Source: a candidate division FCPU426 bacterium (GTDB taxonomy: Bacteria; Oederibacteriota; Muellerivitia; Muellerivitales; Muellerivitaceae). Taken from it: a DNA stretch of 64,000 nt. The stretch lies in NCBI GenBank assembly GCA_963830915.1, contig CAWHOE010000064.1, positions 96,001-160,000 of the forward strand. The letters run 5' to 3'. Below the pieces are notes generated by a model that worked only from the letters and a program-made list of their open reading frames with translations, searched no databases and was not told the DNA's origin. Made by a program: the position numbers and the translations under genes. Within the stretch, counting starts at the first letter, position 1. Every line of letters starts with the position of its first letter. Of this stretch, positions 55,977 to 64,000 are shown one piece after another.

Positions 55977-57881
55977 TTGGCTAATTCGCCGAAAAGCAGT
56001 TCCCTCTTTCATGACCGGCCAACTCCTTCCGGGCAAAGCCAGGAACGGTTATGGCGGATGGCCCTTATCCCCGTCTTGCTCGCCTTCGCGGCCTATCTGC
56101 CCGTGTTCAACAACGAGTTCGTTTGGGATGATCTCGCTTATATCCGGGACAACCCCAATCTGAGAAGCTTCACCGGCTCCCACATCCAATGGATGCTCAC
56201 CTCCTTCTTGGGGGGCAACTGGATGCCCCTGACCCGCCTTTCCCTGGCGTTCGATTATTTACTGGGGGGCGCCAGTCCCAAGATCTACCACTTCACCAAC
56301 CTTCTTCTGCATGGCGCCAATACCTACCTGGTTTTCTTCCTCTCTCTGGCGGTCCTGAGACTGGCCAGTAAGAACCTATCCTTGGGGATGGAAAAGGCGG
56401 GGGCCGGTTGGATGAAAGGCGCGGCCTGGATGACCGCCGTCCTCTTCGCCCTGCACCCCACCCAGGTGGAAACGACGGCCTGGGCCGTGGAGCGCAGCAA
56501 CCTGCTTTGCGCCCTGTTCTTTTTCCTGAGCATTCGAACCTATCTGGATTACGCCAACGGGGTAGGCTCACGGAGGAAAAAGTACATGGCCTGCCTGGGT
56601 TATTTCTGCCTGGCCATAACGGCCAAACCCTTCGCCGTCACCCTGCCGGTGGTATTGCTTCTTCTGGATCATTGGCCCCTGGGAAGGATGAAAAAAGGTT
56701 TGCGAAGCGTCTTGGCGGAAAAGATACCCTTCTTGGCCGTTTCCTTCATCGCGGGTTTGGTGGCCATCGCGGCCCAATCCGAAGCCAGCGCCCTGATCCC
56801 CCTTCAAACCTTGCCCCCCGACGCGCGCTTTTGGAACGCCTTTCATGCCGTGGCCTTCTATCTTTGGAAATTGGTTTGGCCGGCGAACTTGGCGGTCTTT
56901 TACCCCGTGACCCTCAAGACCGAAAGCCCGTCCCTGGAAAATGTCCTGGCGTTGCTTCTTTTCTTTTCGATCTCCTATCTTTGTTATCGCCAGCGAAAAG
57001 TCCGGCCCTATCTTTCCGTCGTGTGGCTTTATTTCCTGGTGACCTTGGCCCCGGTCCTGGGCATCTTCCAGATCGGCAGTCAAGTCGCGGCGGACCGTTA
57101 TCTATATTTCTCAAGCTTCGCCTTTTATCTGCTTTTCGCCGCGGCCCTGGCCATCTTCCTGGCCCGCCGGGGCACTTCCTGGATGCCTTCGGCCGCGATC
57201 CTGGCGGGGGTCCTTGGCTACGCCACCCTTTTGCAGGTGGGGACTTGGAGCGATTCGATCACCTTATGGGAGAAGGCCGTGGAAGTCTCCCCTCACGCGT
57301 CCGGATTGGCCTACGCCAATCTGGCCCAGGCCTATGAAGACCGACAGCTGTTGGACGAGGCCCTCAAGGCCTGGGACGAAGCCCTCGCCATCGGCCCGGT
57401 GGATTCCATCAAGCTGGAGGGAAAGGGCCTCACCCTTCTGCAAAAAGGCCGGGCGGAGGAGGCCGCGAAGATATTCAGGTCCGATCTCGTCCTTGATCCC
57501 AAGAACCCCATCGCCCACCGTTGCATGTTCCTGGCCCTTCAGAGCGTTGGAAAACTTCAGGAAGCCCTGCCCGAAGCCCAGGAAGCGGTCCGGTTATCCC
57601 CTTCTTTCCCGCTAGGCTATAACTATTTGGGCACCTGTTATTTCGGATTGAATCAAACCGACCTGGCCGCCGAGAATTTCCAGAAAGCCGTTTCCCTGGA
57701 CCCGCAAAACACCATCTACCTTGGGAACCTGGCTTCGGCCTATATGTCTTTGGACCGTTACCGGGACGCGGTCCAGATCTACCAGGAAGCCTTGTCCTAC
57801 AAACCCCAAGACCCTGGCCTTTCCCAAAGTCTGGAAAAAGCCCTAGAAAAACTGAATGAAGTGAAGGACCTGCGACATTAA
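55977..57881 (+). CDS. TMTC-like membrane protein with C-terminal TPRs (putative protein glycosyltransferase)
   Basis: FVWDD..YI..N, W.PLT.LS, LHP..VE..AW..ER, ADRYLY, TPR repeats. Confidence 0.88.
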   Translation: MANSPKSSSLFHDRPTPSGQSQERLWRMALIPVLLAFAAYLPVFNNEFVWDDLAYIRDNPNLRSFTGSHIQWMLTSFLGGNWMPLTRLSLAFDYLLGGASPKIYHFTNLLLHGANTYLVFFLSLAVLRLASKNLSLGMEKAGAGWMKGAAWMTAVLFALHPTQVETTAWAVERSNLLCALFFFLSIRTYLDYANGVGSRRKKYMACLGYFCLAITAKPFAVTLPVVLLLLDHWPLGRMKKGLRSVLAEKIPFLAVSFIAGLVAIAAQSEASALIPLQTLPPDARFWNAFHAVAFYLWKLVWPANLAVFYPVTLKTESPSLENVLALLLFFSISYLCYRQRKVRPYLSVVWLYFLVTLAPVLGIFQIGSQVAADRYLYFSSFAFYLLFAAALAIFLARRGTSWMPSAAILAGVLGYATLLQVGTWSDSITLWEKAVEVSPHASGLAYANLAQAYEDRQLLDEALKAWDEALAIGPVDSIKLEGKGLTLLQKGRAEEAAKIFRSDLVLDPKNPIAHRCMFLALQSVGKLQEALPEAQEAVRLSPSFPLGYNYLGTCYFGLNQTDLAAENFQKAVSLDPQNTIYLGNLASAYMSLDRYRDAVQIYQEALSYKPQDPGLSQSLEKALEKLNEVKDLRH

Positions 57882-57898
57882 CCGGGAAGGAAGAAAGC

Positions 57899-58102
57899 AT
57901 GCATCTTAAAGTCGTGATGGGTACAGCTCTAGTGATTTTAGGACTGCTGGTGCTGGTCTACGTCAAGGATACCCCTAGGGCTAAGGAGGGGTTGGAATTG
58001 GGCCAATCCTCCGCCCCCCAAAACCCGCTACGGTCCTTCAAGTTCTTCCTGGCTTTCCTTCTCATCTGGGCCGGGGTATTCCTGCTTATCCATACTTTTT
58101 AA
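57899..58102 (+). CDS. Small two-TM membrane protein
   Basis: 67 aa, two hydrophobic segments, RBS-like GGAAGG. Confidence 0.6.
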   Translation: MHLKVVMGTALVILGLLVLVYVKDTPRAKEGLELGQSSAPQNPLRSFKFFLAFLLIWAGVFLLIHTF

Positions 58103-58191
58103 TACCATTACCGCCGGACATTAAATTCGATCCAACTATCCATGATCCACTCTCGACCCTTCGTTCAAAAAAGGGTTTAGAATTTATTAAA

Positions 58192-60030
58192 TCATTTCTG
58201 TTTGATCAGCAAGATGGCCGAACCGCCTGAGACCTTATAGTTGTTGTCGGTCTTGAAGGCTTCCACGCTCTCGAAGTAAACCTTCGCCTTCACCTTTTGG
58301 TTCTCGAATTCCACCGACAGGTCCTCTTGGGGAATGTCCCTTTGGAAAACCTCGCTGTAATCATGGGCCTTGAGGGCCTGCTCGATCTTCGCCAAGGGAA
58401 TATCGGCCACATAATCCCCGTTGAATTGCACCATCAACAACTCGTTCTGGCCCGAAAGGCTCACGATGTACTTGTCCCGGTTTTCCTTGGTCAGGATGGG
58501 GCAGGTAGCCGATAGATAAAAACGCTGGAACTGGTCATAACCGGCCACGTTGAATATCCCCTCCCGTTTCGCCATGAAATTCTTCGGTTGATTGGTGGCC
58601 ACGACGATGTCGCATTGCTGAACGCCGATCATTTGAAGCAGTCTTTCCACGTTCTGGGGGCCGCTCGAACCGGCGCCGTAGGGGTTTTCCGCCCTCGCCA
58701 GTTCGGAAAGGTCCTGCGTGAACCAGCCCTGAAGACGGTCGAGGCCGAAATTGGTGGCGATGGCGATCAAGTCGTTTTCCAGCGCCCCGTATTTTTTGGA
58801 GTCCAGCGGGCTTGGGGGTTTGACCACCTTACCGTTTTGAAGCATCCCGTTCTCGGCCAATTTCTGGCCCAGGCTGGAGCGGTGGTGCTGAAAGGATAGT
58901 TCCCCCACGCTCAAGGGGCCGCCCCAGGACAGGGCCATGAGCGCCAGCAATAAAAAGGCGGGCCAGGCCATCCCGGCCTTGGGTTTGAGAAAAGAATAAG
59001 CGAACACCAAGGCGAACCAGACCAGGGCATAGGCGAAATAATAGCTGGGTATTTCCCCGTAATTGGCGCCCTTGAAAAGAACCCAGCCCGCGAAAACCAG
59101 GATGAGGATGGAAACCCCCGACATGATCTTTTGATATTGGGTGATCCAGGCCTGGTCTTCCTTCAATCTCACGGGGATCATGAGCAGGAAGGAGCCGTAA
59201 GCCAGGACGAAGGTGGTAAAGATGGCGTAGAGGAACTCGTCCGATTCCTCGGACAGGGAGGCCAGGTCATTGGCGGCCATCAAGCCGTCCATGAAGTAGC
59301 CAGCCAGGACCAGGAACATGGCCCCATAAAGGGTCGCGCGCCCGATCGCCAAACCCTCCTCATTTTCCGCCTCGCCGCTTTCCAGGGCCCGATGAACGAC
59401 CCCGACCAGGTACCAGGGAAAAACCAGGGTAAGCACCATGCTGTTGCCCAGGACACTGCCATAGGAGTCATCCTGAAGGAAATAGGAAATATAGCGCCAG
59501 GGGATATGGGCCAGGACCCTTTGCAGGAAAAAGCTGACGGCCAGGGTGAGCAGGATGGCGCCCCCCAGGCCCATCAACAGCTTGGACAGGTAGACCCATT
59601 GCCGGCGGGGTGAATTGATCATGCCCAAAAGGGGCAGGCAGAGGGCGGCGCCCACCAGCAATAAATAAAGATGCTCAAAAGCCGCGGAGGTGTCCAAGTA
59701 TTCCCGGTTGAAAAAATAGTTGAAGCAGAAATAAAGGATCACGAAACCCAGGGCATGCACGACCGCGGGGGTCTTGATCCATTTCGGCCGGGGACTTTCG
59801 AGCAAAAGACTCAACAGGGCGAAAAGCGGGATGCCCAGCTGGCAACAGCGGATGATGGTGGCCGATCCGGTCACGGGCATATCCACCCTTTGCCCCAGGA
59901 AAATATGGGCCAGCGTTCCCAGGGCAAGCGAAAAGGCGCTCAGGAAGCTGAAGAAAAACACGAAGGGGTATTTTTTGATGTAGGCGAGGAGGTCGATTTC
60001 GGGAAAGAGCCAGGCGGTCTTGGACTGCAT
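58192..60030 (-). CDS. DUF4153-like polytopic membrane protein
   Basis: YPF N-terminus, many TMs, GPLS...LS, soluble C-terminal domain; GGAG RBS. Confidence 0.7.
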   Translation of the reverse strand: MQSKTAWLFPEIDLLAYIKKYPFVFFFSFLSAFSLALGTLAHIFLGQRVDMPVTGSATIIRCCQLGIPLFALLSLLLESPRPKWIKTPAVVHALGFVILYFCFNYFFNREYLDTSAAFEHLYLLLVGAALCLPLLGMINSPRRQWVYLSKLLMGLGGAILLTLAVSFFLQRVLAHIPWRYISYFLQDDSYGSVLGNSMVLTLVFPWYLVGVVHRALESGEAENEEGLAIGRATLYGAMFLVLAGYFMDGLMAANDLASLSEESDEFLYAIFTTFVLAYGSFLLMIPVRLKEDQAWITQYQKIMSGVSILILVFAGWVLFKGANYGEIPSYYFAYALVWFALVFAYSFLKPKAGMAWPAFLLLALMALSWGGPLSVGELSFQHHRSSLGQKLAENGMLQNGKVVKPPSPLDSKKYGALENDLIAIATNFGLDRLQGWFTQDLSELARAENPYGAGSSGPQNVERLLQMIGVQQCDIVVATNQPKNFMAKREGIFNVAGYDQFQRFYLSATCPILTKENRDKYIVSLSGQNELLMVQFNGDYVADIPLAKIEQALKAHDYSEVFQRDIPQEDLSVEFENQKVKAKVYFESVEAFKTDNNYKVSGGSAILLIKQK

Positions 60031-60202
60031 AAGGTCTCCTTTATAGGAATTCAACATCGGTCAGATGCTTTAGTTTACAATAAATGTCCGGTTGGGTATC
60101 GCGCCGTTGAGGAAATAACCGCAATTTAACCTGTTGCCGGGCCAAAAAAAGTTCAAAATAATAGGGTTATGCCGAATCTCTTGATATAGACAGGAGTCAT
60201 CT

Positions 60203-60766
60203 ATGAACAGCGATTCTTTTAAAAAACCCCTCCCCTTCCCTTTCGTTTTATTCTTGGGTTTTGGCCTGATCTTTTTCAATATTTTCGAGAAGATCCATCC
60301 CTTCCATCCCGCGGTCTATACCCCTTTATATTTGCTTCTGGTGAATATCGTTCCTTCGTTCGTGATCCTCGCGACCATTCTTTACGGATTTACCAATCCC
60401 GCCTACCGAAAGCCAGCCCAAATCTTTCTTTTGATCTTCTCCATGTGGGATATGACCGGCGCTATCCTGAACACCTTGGACCTTTGGAACCTCAGCCAAG
60501 AACAGGTCTTCGCTGTGTTGAAAAGCTGGTCGATCCCCCGTTCTATACTCAAGGGAGAGCTTCAAAACCTCGGCAACTGGGTGTTGGATTTTTTGATCGG
60601 CTGGTCTTTTCTGAAAAAAAGGCCCCTGGGTTATGAATACCCGGAGGTGAACCCGTTCCAGGAAGTTTTCATTAAATTCACCGGGGTCATTTGGATCATC
60701 GACTCGGTTTATCTGTTCGGCCTGCATCTGGCGGTCTTGTTATATAAGCTGATGCGGATGTTGTGA
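60203..60766 (+). CDS. Hypothetical membrane protein
   Basis: AGGAG RBS, about five hydrophobic segments. Confidence 0.7.
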   Translation: MNSDSFKKPLPFPFVLFLGFGLIFFNIFEKIHPFHPAVYTPLYLLLVNIVPSFVILATILYGFTNPAYRKPAQIFLLIFSMWDMTGAILNTLDLWNLSQEQVFAVLKSWSIPRSILKGELQNLGNWVLDFLIGWSFLKKRPLGYEYPEVNPFQEVFIKFTGVIWIIDSVYLFGLHLAVLLYKLMRML

Positions 60767-60788
60767 TGGGGCACTGTTGAACAAAGCT

Positions 60789-60892
60789 TGTCCACGATGG
60801 GTCCCCTTGTAGTAGACCCTTGGTCACTACAGGGCATGTCCTAAAGTGTGATGCGAAGGCATCTCTACTTTAGGGCACGGCCGTCGTGGACA
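60789..60892. repeat. TGTCCACGA palindrome family, expanded copy with two inserted hairpins
   Basis: Outer TGTCCACGATGG/CCGTCGTGGACA enclosing TGTAGT..ACTACA and TGTCCTAAAGT..ACTTTAGGGCA stems. Confidence 0.75.
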
Positions 60893-60940
60893 GATCCGAA
60901 TGCCTGATTTCAATATTCCTTAATTTCAAACGAGATATAT

Positions 60941-62104
60941 TCATTTGAAGGTCACTAATTCAGCTCGGGTTTGATACTCCACTAAAGTACCGGCAATTCC
61001 CTGTGCGATTTGATCCGCCTCTTTCTTTTCCTCATTCGCCAATTTCCCCTGGTACTCCGCGCCAGAAGGTTCCGAAAAGGGGTAGAATTTCACTCCCTTG
61101 ACTAAAAATTCTTTCTTTTGATTTGAATACAAAATTTCGGTTTCATAGTAGCCCTCGTTTTCATATCGAACAGACTTTGCTTTCATCGTTTTGATATCAA
61201 AATGGAAAATCGGCAAATCGGTCAATTTTTTCATCACGCTATTTTTCAATGAAAAGGAGAAAGCGCCCCCTGAATTATCCAAATTGCCCTCGCCGCCTTC
61301 CCCACGGTCGTCAACGACGAGCCACCCATATCCAGTGAGGGTTTCATCTTTTATCAAAAGATGGTCCGCAAACCTTACTGGAAGTGGATAAAGGCTTGCT
61401 TTACCTTTTTCCGTATCGTAAACGCTTAAGGAGCCGCTCAATATATAAAGCTTATTTCCAACCGCCAGAATATCCCCTCGCCCGTCCTTTGGCCCCGGCC
61501 CGAAGGATGTATTTTGGATTTTGTGGTTGTCCAGGAAAAATAAACCTTCGCTGTTTAAAAAATATATTATTTTATTCACTTTAGCGTAGTGGATCGGGAA
61601 CAAGGGCCAGGTCACATAATAGGTTGTTTCGCGGGAATTTAGGTTTAGGCACACTATTTTGGATAGATCGAAATCCCAAAACCAGGCATGCTTTCGGAAG
61701 ATGATGAATTTATCAAGGTAACTGCCGACCGGCAGGTTGTATTTTTTCCCGGTTGTCGAATTGGACAATTCATAAGATAAAATATCCGTTTCTTGACTGT
61801 TGGCAACTGGTTTCAGGTGCCAAATCGTGGTCACGCCCTGGTCCGATTGGGAAGGGCAAATATCTTCTTTGTTTCTGGAAGACGAATTGTATTTTTCTGG
61901 AAAAGGGCCCGGTGGGGTAAATACTTTGTAATCCCAAGTCTTTTGAACCGTGTCGTAGATCTTTTCGCCATGGGTGGTTTCAAAAATAACTTTTGTCCCC
62001 TCGCCACGGATGCCGGTAATTTGATTTTGATCCACGAAAGGATAGGCTGGCGCGCCAAAAAGCGGTGTCACGATCAGGAATAAAAAAAGGAATGAGAATT
62101 TCAA
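60941..62104 (-). CDS. Hypothetical secreted beta-rich (propeller-like) protein
   Basis: Signal peptide, AT-rich, 387 aa. Confidence 0.75.
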   Translation of the reverse strand: MKFSFLFLFLIVTPLFGAPAYPFVDQNQITGIRGEGTKVIFETTHGEKIYDTVQKTWDYKVFTPPGPFPEKYNSSSRNKEDICPSQSDQGVTTIWHLKPVANSQETDILSYELSNSTTGKKYNLPVGSYLDKFIIFRKHAWFWDFDLSKIVCLNLNSRETTYYVTWPLFPIHYAKVNKIIYFLNSEGLFFLDNHKIQNTSFGPGPKDGRGDILAVGNKLYILSGSLSVYDTEKGKASLYPLPVRFADHLLIKDETLTGYGWLVVDDRGEGGEGNLDNSGGAFSFSLKNSVMKKLTDLPIFHFDIKTMKAKSVRYENEGYYETEILYSNQKKEFLVKGVKFYPFSEPSGAEYQGKLANEEKKEADQIAQGIAGTLVEYQTRAELVTFK

Positions 62105-62164
62105 AATTATAAAACCCCCAAATAGAGATAACTTTTCAATTCCGTTAATCCAATCAATTTTAAG

Positions 62165-62192
62165 TATCCACGACGGGTCCCCATAAGGAACA
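62165..62192. repeat. TGTCCACGA palindrome family, degenerate copy
   Basis: TATCCACGACGGGTCCCC followed by a decayed right arm. Confidence 0.75.
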
Positions 62193-62218
62193 ATCTTTTT
62201 TCGCTAAAAGGACATGAC

Positions 62219-62647
62219 TCAAAAGATGCCGAATAACTTCTGATTTTTTTGAATTCTAGATAGTCCCATCAAACTCAAAAATAAACCCAAAATAAAAAGA
62301 ATTCCCTCAATAGATTGCTGATCATTAACAATTAACAAACTAGACACTCTCGAATCTTCAGGGTTATATAAAACATCAAAAGAGTCACCAACAGCATGTG
62401 CTTCAGATGTATGAAAGCCATAAAGTTGCTCGCGGGAATCAGGCAATAAAACTCTCACAGATAAAGAAAACGGGTTTTTTTCCTGCGCTGTATAACTTAC
62501 GGAAACAATTTTTCCTTGGAGGTGAATGCCCTTATTGAGAAGTACAGTATTTTGCCAATATCCAAAAATAGCAAAAAGAATAAAAAATACCCCCATAATC
62601 AAACAAAGCCATCCTTCCGCCTTTTGTGATATTTGATAGATGGGCAC
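62219..62647 (-). CDS. DUF3592-like two-TM protein
   Basis: TM, G.IV..., VGDSFDVLYNPED, TM; AAGGAG RBS before GTG. Confidence 0.75.
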   Translation of the reverse strand: MPIYQISQKAEGWLCLIMGVFFILFAIFGYWQNTVLLNKGIHLQGKIVSVSYTAQEKNPFSLSVRVLLPDSREQLYGFHTSEAHAVGDSFDVLYNPEDSRVSSLLIVNDQQSIEGILFILGLFLSLMGLSRIQKNQKLFGIF

Positions 62648-62688
62648 TATTTACTCCTTGCTTCCATTGGCTCTTTGGCAATAAAGGA

Positions 62689-62716
62689 TGTCCATTACAC
62701 CTCCCCGTCGTGGACA
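62689..62716. repeat. TGTCCACGA palindrome family, degenerate copy
   Basis: TGTCCATTACACCTCCCCGTCGTGGACA (right arm intact). Confidence 0.75.
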
Positions 62717-62736
62717 ACATCTAACGCAGTTCAAAA

Positions 62737-63417
62737 TTATTTTTTGCTGTCGGCGCGGGTCTTAAGCTTGGCTTTAGGTAATTTCACAAAGCAATTATTC
62801 TTTTTATCCCATCTAGCCATTACATCTACACATTTCAACTTTCCATTTATCAAACCAACTTCATTATTGGGGTCGTCACCGTGATGGTCATCCTGGCCTT
62901 GAAATTTTTGGTAAAAAACACGTTTCCATTTACCGTCAATGAAAGAATAAAAAAACCACTCATAGGACCAATTATATGACATAAGAACCATATCTTTGGC
63001 CATTGGAACTTTCGTGATTTTTTCAAACCAAAAACAATAAGGTCCATTTTGATAGATTCGGCCAAAATGAATATCGTCATCAGAGCCGATATCTATTTCC
63101 GAATCGTTTTTCAAAACATGCAAGACTTTTAGATTATTGGGATTCAAAATTAAGAGTTTGTCCTCGCCAAAAACTATGACTTCATCCTGACCCTTCCCTT
63201 CCAAGTCGAGATAATAGGGCCAAACAATATTTTCTTGTTGGTGGGTCACCTTAATAAATATTTCTTTGAAATCAGCTGTAACGGACTTATTGGGATTATC
63301 AATATCTTTTACGACATCAATATCAAATGGATTTGCCTCAGTGGAAGGCGTTGATGTTATTGCCCATAATTGCGAGCACAACAAAATAAAAACCATTGTG
63401 ATTAATTTGTGTTTCAT
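62737..63417 (-). CDS. Hypothetical secreted protein
   Basis: Signal peptide, DLEGKGQDEV (FG-GAP-like) motif, AT-rich. Confidence 0.75.
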   Translation of the reverse strand: MKHKLITMVFILLCSQLWAITSTPSTEANPFDIDVVKDIDNPNKSVTADFKEIFIKVTHQQENIVWPYYLDLEGKGQDEVIVFGEDKLLILNPNNLKVLHVLKNDSEIDIGSDDDIHFGRIYQNGPYCFWFEKITKVPMAKDMVLMSYNWSYEWFFYSFIDGKWKRVFYQKFQGQDDHHGDDPNNEVGLINGKLKCVDVMARWDKKNNCFVKLPKAKLKTRADSKK

Positions 63418-63457
63418 TCAATCTTCATCCCTAAAAACGTACTTTTTAAACATTCCC

Positions 63458-63485
63458 TGTCCACGACGGGTCCCCGTCGTGGACA
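63458..63485. repeat. TGTCCACGA palindrome family, perfect 28-bp copy
   Basis: TGTCCACGACGGG-TC-CCCGTCGTGGACA. Confidence 0.88.
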
Positions 63486-63549
63486 ACCCCTATCCCATAA
63501 TCCGCAAGGATTCATTAGAATTTATTGCTGAATTCCAAATCACGAAATA

Positions 63550-63840
63550 TTATTTTCCGGAAATATATCCAGATGACTTATCACTTAATTGTTTGAGTAA
63601 GTTCGCTCTTAAAGATCTAGAGGTCTTATCGGCTAATTCCCGCCCGAGCTTTGTAAGTAGAAAATCGGGCATAAAAACAAGAACGCCTGATTCAATCAAG
63701 TGTTTCCGTATTGGGCTTAATTCGTATTCCGGTTCTACCCAGTTCTTCATATAAAGACCGGGAATAACCCCATCTCTTTTGCTCTCGTCCCAAGCGGCTA
63801 ATAGTACTTTTTCCCCAGATGACAATTCATCGTATTCCAT
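63550..63840 (-). CDS. Hypothetical protein (96 aa, possible winged helix)
   Basis: GGGAG RBS; L..SG.L....FLLTKLGR pattern. Confidence 0.6.
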   Translation of the reverse strand: MEYDELSSGEKVLLAAWDESKRDGVIPGLYMKNWVEPEYELSPIRKHLIESGVLVFMPDFLLTKLGRELADKTSRSLRANLLKQLSDKSSGYISGK

Positions 63841-64000
63841 CCGACACTCCCGAGGAGAATATATTAAAAAGTATTAGAATTAAAATCTCCATTACCGCCG
63901 TCAGAACAGTGACACGAACCACACGAACTGTTACAACCGTTTCCCCCATTAACAGAATACGTTCCTGAAAATGTATTCGAAGTGTGAGAAGAAAGTAAAA

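Noticed and set aside
62719..62725. GTTAGAT/ATCTAAC as an integron attC core
   Set aside because: No partner box at a suitable distance, not repeated in other gaps, and no integrase.
58105..63900. 12-bp direct repeat CCATTACCGCCG as island att sites
   Set aside because: Chance 12-mer matches are expected in 64 kb, and there is no tRNA or integrase support.

Overview
GC-rich bacterial chromosomal segment with about 65 CDSs, and no rRNA, tRNA, CRISPR array, integrase or transposase visible. It is probably diderm (an outer-membrane beta-barrel-like protein and lipoproteins are present); the lineage cannot be fixed from sequence alone. Content: a carboxylesterase, a LuxR-like regulator, a hybrid histidine kinase, and an A1-type heme-copper oxidase operon (coxBAC plus a CxxC mini-protein and a YwiC-like gene). 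A redox/NO-stress cluster (two RIC/YtfE paralogs, triple DUF2249, nitronate monooxygenase, Crp/Fnr regulator, P-type ATPase, radical SAM/SPASM, DUF2934) is followed by housekeeping and transport genes (livK/H/M, copZ-copA, aconitase, mdh, cysC, RsmF-like), envelope glycosylation genes and two AT-rich accessory patches. Main non-obvious signals: (1) a local Crp/Fnr-type regulon, RTGA-N6-TCA boxes lying exactly 22 nt from a -10 hexamer at five promoters, one of which drives a candidate ~113-nt structured sRNA; (2) eight CCAC...GTGG-bounded long palindromes with 8-10-nt periodic arms, all between co-directional genes; (3) a 'mobile mystery' HTH/Fic pair flanked by a ~124-bp duplication of a gene 5' end; (4) a terminal run of AT-rich orphan genes, each separated by the same 28-bp palindrome. 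Several 1-nt frameshifts (coxB, rsmF, livM) look like long-read sequencing errors.
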